NCBI GenBank assembly: GCA_963827655.1
Contig: CAWHCF010000010.1
Coordinates: 32,001 to 96,000, forward strand
Direction of reading: 5' to 3'
Length of the DNA: 64,000 bases
From: an uncultured Acidobacteriota bacterium
GTDB taxonomy: Bacteria > Acidobacteriota > UBA6911
A program made the position numbers and the translations under genes. This document shows positions 9,987-17,568 of this stretch, piece after piece. Numbering within the stretch: position 1 is the first letter of the stretch; the number at the start of each line of letters is the position of its first letter. Under the pieces are notes generated by a model that worked only from the letters and a program-made list of their open reading frames with translations, was not told the DNA's origin and made no database searches.

Positions 9987-11039
9987 ATGAGTGTCATCAG
10001 CGCCGTCGGCACAGCCGTTCCGTCCTATGGCTACGGCCAGGAGGTGGCGAAAGAATTCGGCCGCGCGCTGTTTCACGAAGCCTTTCCCGAAATCGATCGC
10101 CTCCTGGCAGTTTTCAACCACGCTTCGATTGATCGGCGATATTTTTCGGCCCCGAAAGAGTGGTTCGAAAGCGAACACTCCTTCGCCGACAAGAACAAAC
10201 TCTACAATGAAACGGCCCTCGAAGTCGGCAAAGCCGCGGTCCTCGAATGCCTCACAGCGGCGCGCCTCCGCCCTGAAGACGTCGACCATTTTATTTTTGT
10301 GTCGACGACCGGACTGGCCACACCCAGCATCGACGCGCGCCTGATCAATATTCTCAAGATGCGCAACGACATCTGCCGGACTCCGATCTGGGGACTTGGG
10401 TGCGCGGGCGGCGCCGCAGGCCTTTCCCGGGCCTTCGAATACACGCGGGCGTTCCCCGGCAAGCGCGCCCTGGTTCTCGCCCTCGAGCTATGCGGGCTGA
10501 CCTTTCAGCGCAACGACCTGAGCAAGAGTAACCTGATTGGCGTGTCTTTGTTTGCCGATGGAGCCGCGGCGGCGATGGTGGAGGGAACTGAAGCCGAAGC
10601 GAACGGTCCGCGCATACTCGGGGGCCGCAGCATGCTGTGGTACGACTCGCTGGATGTCATGGGCTGGGACATCAACGATAAGGGCCTGAAGGTGATCTTT
10701 TCTCGAGATATTCCCGCCATCGTAAAGACTTCCGTGCTCCCGAATATTCTGGAGTTCCTGCGAGGACACGGTCTCTCTCTCAGTGCGATCCGCCATCTCG
10801 TCGCTCACCCGGGCGGAGCCAAAGTGCTCGAAGCGTACGAACAGACCCTCCAACTGACCGACGGCCAGCTGAACCACTCCCGCAACGTTCTACGCCACTA
10901 CGGTAATATGTCGTCTCCAACCGTGCTCTTTGTGTTGAAGGAATTCCTCTGCTCCGGAGAGATCCGCGCCGGCGATTACGGTCTCGTGACCGCCCTCGGG
11001 CCTGGCTTCAGCTCGGAGATGATCCTGATTCAGGGGTAG
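9987..11039 (+). CDS. Type III polyketide synthase (SrsA/BpsA-like)
   Basis: Catalytic triad motifs GLGCAGG, HPGG and GNMSS; C-terminal GPGF. Confidence 0.93.
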   Translation: MSVISAVGTAVPSYGYGQEVAKEFGRALFHEAFPEIDRLLAVFNHASIDRRYFSAPKEWFESEHSFADKNKLYNETALEVGKAAVLECLTAARLRPEDVDHFIFVSTTGLATPSIDARLINILKMRNDICRTPIWGLGCAGGAAGLSRAFEYTRAFPGKRALVLALELCGLTFQRNDLSKSNLIGVSLFADGAAAAMVEGTEAEANGPRILGGRSMLWYDSLDVMGWDINDKGLKVIFSRDIPAIVKTSVLPNILEFLRGHGLSLSAIRHLVAHPGGAKVLEAYEQTLQLTDGQLNHSRNVLRHYGNMSSPTVLFVLKEFLCSGEIRAGDYGLVTALGPGFSSEMILIQG

Positions 11040-11046
11040 TTCAACT

Positions 11047-11628
11047 ATGTTTGCGGCCCTGGTCGCGTTTCTGCTGATCCAGCGCGTCTTCGAGCTTGTG
11101 CTGGCCGAGCGTAATCGAAGGTGGGCCAGGGAGCAGGGGGGCAGGGAAAGCGGCCAGTGGCACTATCCTTTGATCGTCGCGGTGCACGTCGCGTTTTACC
11201 TGTCCCTGGCGCTGGAGTACCGCTATCTTTCCAGCGGGTGGAATGCGCTGTGGCCGGTGTGGCTGGCGATTCTGGCGCTGGCGCAGGCGATGCGCATATG
11301 GGCGATCGCGTCACTCGGACGTTACTGGAACACGCGCATCATCGTGATCCCGGGAAGGAAGCCGGTCATAAGAGGCCCCTATCGCTGGATACGACACCCG
11401 AACTACCTGGTGGTTGTGACCGAGATTTTCGTGATTCCGGTCCTGTGCGGCGCCTACTTCACGGCGGCGTCCTTCTCGGCCATCAATGCGGTTGTGCTTT
11501 ACCTGCGGATTCGCGAAGAAGAACGCGCGGTCGCCAGCCTCGGAGGCATCGATCTCAGCCGGTTCCCCCGTTTTATCCCCAGGATGTCAGGCCTTGAGAA
11601 TTCAGTTTCGCGCCCGGGAGACCCATGA
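11047..11628 (+). CDS. Isoprenylcysteine carboxyl methyltransferase family protein (SrsB/BpsB-like)
   Basis: LG.YWNTRI, GPYRWIRHPNY, RIREEE; directly after the type III PKS. Confidence 0.9.
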   Translation: MFAALVAFLLIQRVFELVLAERNRRWAREQGGRESGQWHYPLIVAVHVAFYLSLALEYRYLSSGWNALWPVWLAILALAQAMRIWAIASLGRYWNTRIIVIPGRKPVIRGPYRWIRHPNYLVVVTEIFVIPVLCGAYFTAASFSAINAVVLYLRIREEERAVASLGGIDLSRFPRFIPRMSGLENSVSRPGDP

Positions 11629-11996
11629 TCTTACCGCTTGTGCTTCGGAGGACGGTACGACCTGATGATTCACGATCTCCTGAACGCCCGAACAGTTCCG
11701 ATGACATCTCTGAGGAGGCCATCGCTGCCAGGAAGCGGCGCTCTCGCCTCAATGCGGTTATCCTGGCTTTGGTCTTTCTGGTCTACAGCTTCGCTCCTCC
11801 GCGCTGGAAACTCTTTGCGCCTCTATTGTTCCTGCTGCCCGTCTTGTATTCACTCTTGAGCCGGCTGCGCGGGGCCTCGATCGAATCTGACCGGCCCGTC
11901 ACCAGGGAAATCGATGCGGAACCGCCCGTTGCAGAACCCTATTCCTACACGCCGAGAGATCCCAACGATCCCCGCCGATACAAGCCGATTGAATGA
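11625..11996 (+). CDS. Small membrane hypothetical protein
   Basis: ATGA overlap with the methyltransferase; two hydrophobic helices. Confidence 0.6.
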   Translation: MILPLVLRRTVRPDDSRSPERPNSSDDISEEAIAARKRRSRLNAVILALVFLVYSFAPPRWKLFAPLLFLLPVLYSLLSRLRGASIESDRPVTREIDAEPPVAEPYSYTPRDPNDPRRYKPIE

Positions 11997-12190
11997 TTCC
12001 GATTGCGGATTGCAGATTGAAAGAATGCTGAAACTCTCGAGGCTCGAGAGCGAGCTTTCAGCGGTCAGCGTCAGCTTCTCAATGAACGCTGTCCGTATGC
12101 GTTTTGCCTCGATGGTGCGCTAAGCCCATTGCGTCGGAATCTAGATACCATATCTGCCCCCACAGCTGATTGCTGATGGCTGAAAGCTGA
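11997..12190. repeat. Heptamer arrays and inverted repeat between convergent genes
   Basis: GATTGCG-type units at 11997-12020; AGCTTTCAGCGGTCAGCGTCAGCT (12053-12076) is inverted to AGCTGATTGCTGATGGCTGAAAGCT (12164-12188). Confidence 0.7.
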
Positions 12191-12258
12191 GCGCTCTGCC
12201 GCCGGGTCCAACGGCGGAAATCTGATGAGATGAATTCTCAGATGGACTGGGATTAGAT

Positions 12259-13416
12259 CTAAAGGACGGTAGTTTCGACGATGAGATTTCCTTCCCGGAA
12301 GCGTTCGAGGCGCAGCGCGGATACATCGAGGAAGCGGCATTGCCCGAACGCAATCAGTTCGGCAACGGCCCGGCCGGTTGCGGGCGCATGCATGATGCCG
12401 TGGCCTCCAAAGCCAACGGCCAGAAAAAAACCGGGAAGCTCGGGCACCGGCCCGAGTATGGCGTGATGATCCGGCGTTTCCGGATAAAGACCCGCCCAGC
12501 AACGGCGCGGCTGGATCCGCGCGTCGGAGAGAAATGGGAAACGATGGCTGGCTTTTTCCGAAACAATTTCCAAGAACGCCGGGTCGAAACTGGTGTCAAA
12601 GGTTGATGGATCATTCGGATCCGAATAAGCAAACAAGATTCCGGTGCCTTCACGCCGGATCAAGAGTCCCGTGTCGAGGTCGACCGTCATGGGGATAATC
12701 GGCGCGGCGCCTCCGGTATCTTCAGAGCAGGCGAGCATCCTCTTATAAGGCTTCAGTGGAATCTCGATGCCGGCCCTTTGAGCGAGAATTCCTGCGAAAG
12801 GTCCGGCGGCATTGACCACGGTGCGAGAGAAAATATCCCCTGTCGTCGTCCTGACGCCCAGGACCCCCTGAGAGTCGCGCATGACCTCGATCGTCTCGGA
12901 ATCGGTCATCAGACGAGCGCCGAGCCTTTGCGCAGCTCTGAGGTAACCGTGGGTTGTCCCGTGTGGGTCGATGAAACCGTCCTTAGGGGAGTAGGTGCCG
13001 CAGCGCAGGTCATCCGACCGGACGTAGGGGGCAAGGTCCGAAATCTCTTCGGGAGCAAGCCAGCGATTGGGAACTCCAAGCTTCTGCTGCAGGGCAAAAT
13101 TGGAGCGCAAGCTTTTTTCCCCTTGCTCGGTGGCGGTGATGAAGAGATATCCGGCCTGGAGAAGACCGCAATCCCCGCCGGTCTCATCGCCGAAGCGCTC
13201 GAACGCGGCAATCGAATAATTCGAAGACTCGATGTTGACTGCAGTCGACCATTGGGCGCGGATGCCTCCGTTAGCGCGGGCTGTCGATCCCTGCCCCGCC
13301 GCTGGTTCCTTTTCCAGGAGAGCGACATTGTGGATGCCCAGGGCACAAAGGTGAAACGCGATGCTGCACCCGACCACGCCGGCGCCTACGATGACTACGT
13401 CCGCCGCATCCGGCAT
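12259..13416 (-). CDS. FAD-dependent oxidoreductase (DAO/sarcosine oxidase beta-like)
   Basis: GAGVVG, GSTARANGGIR, WAGLY..TPD, GFGGHG. Confidence 0.9.
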   Translation of the reverse strand: MPDAADVVIVGAGVVGCSIAFHLCALGIHNVALLEKEPAAGQGSTARANGGIRAQWSTAVNIESSNYSIAAFERFGDETGGDCGLLQAGYLFITATEQGEKSLRSNFALQQKLGVPNRWLAPEEISDLAPYVRSDDLRCGTYSPKDGFIDPHGTTHGYLRAAQRLGARLMTDSETIEVMRDSQGVLGVRTTTGDIFSRTVVNAAGPFAGILAQRAGIEIPLKPYKRMLACSEDTGGAAPIIPMTVDLDTGLLIRREGTGILFAYSDPNDPSTFDTSFDPAFLEIVSEKASHRFPFLSDARIQPRRCWAGLYPETPDHHAILGPVPELPGFFLAVGFGGHGIMHAPATGRAVAELIAFGQCRFLDVSALRLERFREGNLIVETTVL

Positions 13417-13470
13417 CTTATCGTCTGCCCCGTTGGAATTTCACGCGTTCACCACAAGACGAAAACAAAT

Positions 13471-13505
13471 ACCACTTGGACACGAAGACACGAAGAAACA
13501 CCAAG
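13471..13505 (+). repeat. Dispersed 9-bp-periodic repeat copy
   Basis: ACCACTTGGACACGAAGACACGAAGAAACACCAAG. Confidence 0.8.
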
Positions 13506-13520
13506 TATATATTGCAGGTC

Positions 13521-14675
13521 ATGGAACGGCGCCGTTTCTTGCTTGAGAACTTGAGTCGATGCGCGACCCTGAGCGAGTTGCGCCGCACGGAATTCTTTGC
13601 CCGCTGCAGCCAGGAAATCGAAGAACTTCTCAGCCAGGCCCGCATAGTCCGATGTCCCGAAGCAGTTCCTCGACTCAAGTCGTTCCTCAGAGTGGCCCAG
13701 TGGAACCTCGAAAAAGGCGTGCGGTTCGCACAGATCCTCGAGACCCTGAGGTCCGATGAGGCGCTGAAATGGGCCGATATCATCCTGCTCAATGAAGCGG
13801 ATGTCGGAATGAGCCGGTCGGGAAACCGCGATGTAGCTTGTGAACTGGCGGAATCATTGGGAATGCATATGATTTTCGGGGCGGCTCATCTCGAGCTTAC
13901 GGGCGGCAATCCGGATGCAGAGGGCGAAAATCAAGGAAGTCTCCAGGGAAACGCAGTGCTGAGTCGATATCCCGTTCGAGAGGCTCGAATCATCCCCCTC
14001 CCGACTTGTTTTGAGCCTTACGAATTTCAGGAAAAGCGCTACGGCCGGCGCAACTGTGTCTGGGCCTGCCTCGCCGTCGGCAACAGGGCCTGGTGGGTAG
14101 GATCGACTCACCTGGAGGTAAGAAATACGCCCCGGTGCCGGGCGCTTCAGATGCGCCGAATAATGGAGGCGCTCCCCGGGCAAAACCACGAACCCCACCT
14201 GCTGGGCGGTGATTTCAATTCGAACACTTTTCTCCGCGGGACGTCGTGGCGCACTCTTGCCGCCGCCTGGCGATTGGCGATGAATTCGCCGTCAAAAATG
14301 CAGGCAGAGCTGATTCGCCCGTATGCCGGGAAAGAGCCGCTGTTTCAGGTAGCGCACGCCGCGGGTTTCGGTTGGAAGGAGTTCAACAGCCATGAACCCA
14401 CGGCCTGTGCGCCGCTGGAAGGCCTGGAGGACGCCCGGCTTCTACCCAAATGGGTGCGGAGATCGATACAGAAACGCCTCGACCGGTACCACGGTTACCT
14501 CAGCCTGAAATTGGACTGGTTTCTTGCGCGCAACGCGCGCGCCTTAACCGAGAAGGAAATGCGAGACTCGGACTCTGGCGTATTCTCTGCCGCGCCGGGG
14601 CGCGTAGCCGTGATCCGGAAGGGCCCCAGCCGTTTGTCCGATCACTCTCCCATATACACCGACCTGCGCTTGTGA
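13521..14675 (+). CDS. Endonuclease/exonuclease/phosphatase family protein
   Basis: WNLEKG, LNEAD, GNAVLSR, THLE, GGDFN, LDW, SDHSPI. Confidence 0.88.
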   Translation: MERRRFLLENLSRCATLSELRRTEFFARCSQEIEELLSQARIVRCPEAVPRLKSFLRVAQWNLEKGVRFAQILETLRSDEALKWADIILLNEADVGMSRSGNRDVACELAESLGMHMIFGAAHLELTGGNPDAEGENQGSLQGNAVLSRYPVREARIIPLPTCFEPYEFQEKRYGRRNCVWACLAVGNRAWWVGSTHLEVRNTPRCRALQMRRIMEALPGQNHEPHLLGGDFNSNTFLRGTSWRTLAAAWRLAMNSPSKMQAELIRPYAGKEPLFQVAHAAGFGWKEFNSHEPTACAPLEGLEDARLLPKWVRRSIQKRLDRYHGYLSLKLDWFLARNARALTEKEMRDSDSGVFSAAPGRVAVIRKGPSRLSDHSPIYTDLRL

Positions 14676-14680
14676 AGATC

Positions 14681-14715
14681 CTTGGTGTTTCTTCGCGTCT
14701 TCGCGCCTTGGTGGT
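14681..14715 (-). repeat. Dispersed 9-bp-periodic repeat copy
   Basis: CTTGGTGTTTCTTCGCGTCTTCGCGCCTTGGTGGT between convergent stops. Confidence 0.8.
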
Positions 14716-14724
14716 ATTCAGCAC

Positions 14725-16200
14725 TCATCGAAACAGCGGCTTCACGGTCAGGGCCGAAAACTGGCCGGGCGAGTTCCCCAATTGCAATGCCGTTACCGCA
14801 AGGAGCGTATTCCGGCTCACGATGCGCAAGGTTCCTTGAAATCCCGAAAGGTCGAGGCCGCTGTAAAGCTGAAACAGAAATCGGGCAAAGTGGCCGTTAG
14901 CCGGAACCGTGGTGTTCCGAATCCCATCGGACCTGCGTCCCGAGCTGTCCCAGAGCTCGAGGCGGATGTCCGCCGGCTTGTTGGTCAGGTTCGACACCGC
15001 CAGCCCGGTGAAAACTCCTCCGCCAGGACCTGGAATAACGGGCAGATCGAACCCGCCGGCCACTTCACTCGAGGCGATTCCGGTGATACCGAGACCGGGC
15101 ACGAGGAACAAGACGTTGCCGGTGACGAGAGAAGAGCCGCGAATCAAGGCGGTTCCCGATCGCAACGATCCCGTCCCCGGGGTGGTAAAGACCGTGGTCT
15201 GATTGGTTTCCATGTTTCCGATTACAAAAGTAGAAGCGGAGCCCTGGCCAATGAAAGGGATGCTCAAGGGCGCCCCGTTGTCATCGCGAAAACTCACGTT
15301 GATCGAGGTAACGTTGCCATGACTGGTATTGGTGAGGACCAGGGAGGAAACGTTCCCTTCGCCATCGGCAATCTGCGGGAAGACAAGGTGAGGAGCGCTC
15401 GGACCGGCCGAGGGATTGCATAGAAATGCGACCAGATTCATGAACAAGGCGTCGGTGACCGGTAGGCTGGGTTCGGAGGTGTTGGTACTCACGTCGCGCT
15501 CGGCGGTCGTGAGCGCGTCCACATCGGCCAGCAAAAGCACGGCCCCGGCGCTCGGACTCAGGCTACCCCGGGGAATCAGGAGCATCGAAGGCCCGGCGCT
15601 GCTCGAGGCGAGCAGCAACGTCCCGGAAGGCCAGCCCCGGAAATATCCTGATTGCGAGGCTCCGCGAAACTGGGTGATTCGGCCGAAGGGACCGGCAAGG
15701 ACCGGGTGGTCCGGAAGGGCCGTCGTGTTCATTTCGCTTCCGGAGGCGTTGAATACCACCCCGAAGAGATCAGAAATGTCGGAGCCAGGATCATCCGACG
15801 TGACCACCAGGCTCATTCCCGCTCGCACGGCAGCCAGGATATCGGCCCTTTCGGCCGGCGTGTAAGTGGACGCCTGAGTATTGCCGGTGAAAAAGATGTT
15901 CACACCTGCCAGGGTTGACGGGATTGCCGTTCCGGTGCCGGGAAACACCGTCACGGCGCGGTTCACGATTCCGGAAGGGCCGAAGAAAGCCGGGTCGCTC
16001 AAATTGGCTCGAGCGCGCCCGAAGTGTGAACCGCTGGTGAAAGACCACTCCGGATTGGGCGCCGTCCGGGTACTGTTGAATCCGCTGCAAACACAGTTCT
16101 GGGCCCACACGGCCGGAGCCATGCCAACAAAGAGAACGAGCCAAACGAAGCGATTGACGATTGACGATTGACGATTGACGATTGAAAAGCATCGACGCAA
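14725..16200 (-). CDS. Secreted/surface hypothetical protein with C-terminal beta-sandwich repeats
   Basis: Signal-like FVWLVLFVGMAPAVWA-Q; C-terminal LVFPQIADG...LTN and TGLAVSN repeats. Start is ambiguous because a heptamer array overlaps it. Confidence 0.75.
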   Translation of the reverse strand: MRRCFSIVNRQSSIVNRFVWLVLFVGMAPAVWAQNCVCSGFNSTRTAPNPEWSFTSGSHFGRARANLSDPAFFGPSGIVNRAVTVFPGTGTAIPSTLAGVNIFFTGNTQASTYTPAERADILAAVRAGMSLVVTSDDPGSDISDLFGVVFNASGSEMNTTALPDHPVLAGPFGRITQFRGASQSGYFRGWPSGTLLLASSSAGPSMLLIPRGSLSPSAGAVLLLADVDALTTAERDVSTNTSEPSLPVTDALFMNLVAFLCNPSAGPSAPHLVFPQIADGEGNVSSLVLTNTSHGNVTSINVSFRDDNGAPLSIPFIGQGSASTFVIGNMETNQTTVFTTPGTGSLRSGTALIRGSSLVTGNVLFLVPGLGITGIASSEVAGGFDLPVIPGPGGGVFTGLAVSNLTNKPADIRLELWDSSGRRSDGIRNTTVPANGHFARFLFQLYSGLDLSGFQGTLRIVSRNTLLAVTALQLGNSPGQFSALTVKPLFR

Positions 16201-16330
16201 TCGTAAATCGATTTCTAAATCGTCAATCGCTGAATCTTTCGATTCATGGTAGCCAAGAACGTCGCCTCCAATCGTCAATCGTCAATCGTCAATCGTCAAT
16301 CGTCAATCGTAAATCGTAAATCGTCAATCG
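16152..16330. repeat. Inverted (GATTGAC)n ... (GTCAATC)n heptamer arrays
   Basis: About 4.5 units at 16152-16184 and about 9 complementary units at 16269-16330. Confidence 0.92.
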
Positions 16331-17238
16331 GGTGACGGTGGTTTACGCCCAAACTGTTGTTTAACCAGATCGTACACCTTTAGCATCTCGGTGATGGTGC
16401 GCGGCACGTAATCCGATTTGAGGTAAACCCAGCCCGTCTCGCGATAGAGCTTGCGAGCCTTGATAGGCGTGTAAGAAAAGCGCTTCTGGCGGATGTCCTT
16501 GGCGATGGCCGTATAGGGAATGATCGTGATTCCGATTCCATTCGCGACCATTGCCTTGATGATTTCGACATTCTCGGTTTCCATCGCGATCTCGACCGGT
16601 ATGTGCTCCTCGAGAAAAAACTGATCCAGCACCTTGCGTGTGTTGGAGCCCTGCTCGAACAGAATCAGGGGAAACTTTGCCAGATCCTGCGGCTGCAAGC
16701 TTCGCTTGCGCGAGAGCGGATGTCCCGGGGCCGCCACCACTCCCATCTCTTCCTTCAAGGCGGGAATCACTTCTAAATCCTTGGCTACGATCGGCAAGGT
16801 CAAGAGTCCGAGATCTACCTCGTGATTGCGCACCAGCTTGAGGATGCTTTCGGATGTCCCCGAGGTGACCCGGAGGTCTACCTGCTTGTACAGGCTGCGG
16901 TACTTCTTGAGCAGCTTGGGGAGGATATAGATGCACACGGTCATCCCTCCTCCCAGCCGCAGCGTTCCGCGACGGAGCTGGTGAGTCTCTGAAATTTGCC
17001 AAACCACATCCTGAATATCGCGGAACAGTCGATTGCCGGTCTTGAGCAGCAATTCTCCGGGGTGGGTAAGAACGACTCCTTTCCCGCGCCGGTGCAGCAA
17101 CACGCCGCCCAATTCTTCCTCAAGAAGCTTGATCTGCCGGCTGACTGCGGATTGAGAAACGTGGAGCCGCTCGCCGGCCCGGGTAAAGCTCCCTTCCTCG
17201 GCCACGGCCTGGAACATCTCGAGCTGTCGGATATCCAT
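16324..17238 (-). CDS. LysR-family regulator divergent from gltB (GltC-like by context)
   Basis: MDIRQLEMFQAVAEEGSFTRAGERLHVSQSAVSRQIK HTH plus substrate-binding domain. Confidence 0.93.
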   Translation of the reverse strand: MDIRQLEMFQAVAEEGSFTRAGERLHVSQSAVSRQIKLLEEELGGVLLHRRGKGVVLTHPGELLLKTGNRLFRDIQDVVWQISETHQLRRGTLRLGGGMTVCIYILPKLLKKYRSLYKQVDLRVTSGTSESILKLVRNHEVDLGLLTLPIVAKDLEVIPALKEEMGVVAAPGHPLSRKRSLQPQDLAKFPLILFEQGSNTRKVLDQFFLEEHIPVEIAMETENVEIIKAMVANGIGITIIPYTAIAKDIRQKRFSYTPIKARKLYRETGWVYLKSDYVPRTITEMLKVYDLVKQQFGRKPPSPD

Positions 17239-17289
17239 AGCTATTCCAAAATTCGATGGCTTTGATTCGGATGTTGCATCGTGATGATA

Positions 17290-17355
17290 TATCAAAAAGA
17301 GATAATCCGCATGACAATATTCAATTTTACTTATGCATCGGATCCAGGGTACAAC
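17290..17355 (+). promoter_or_regulatory. LysR box and probable gltB promoter
   Basis: TATC-N7-GATA dyad (17290-17304), TTTACT at 17326-17331, TACAAC at 17350. Confidence 0.5.
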
Positions 17356-17356
17356 C

Positions 17357-17566
17357 ATTGACGATTCACGATTGACGATTTACGATTTGGACCCCAGTGG
17401 CATCGTCAATCCTCAGCCGTTTCATCCCGCGAATCTAACAGGGTGTGCGAAAAGCGTGAACGAGATCGCTGGCAGGTTACAAAAGTTTGAGAATTTCAGA
17501 AATCCAGGATTGATTCGTCAATCGTCAATCGCCAATCGTCAATCGTCAATCGTCAATCGTCAATCG
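17357..17566. repeat. Inverted heptamer arrays in the gltB leader
   Basis: ATTGACG-type units at 17357-17387 and (CGTCAAT)n at 17513-17566, ending 2 nt before the gltB ATG. Confidence 0.9.
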
Positions 17567-17568
17567 AG

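Noticed and set aside
12259-13416. FAD oxidoreductase as the SrsC-type hydroxylase of the PKS cluster
   Set aside because: It is a DAO/sarcosine-oxidase type, on the opposite strand and separated by repeats.
16152-17566. Heptamer arrays or the dispersed 35-bp repeat as a CRISPR array
   Set aside because: No regular repeat-spacer periodicity and no cas genes.
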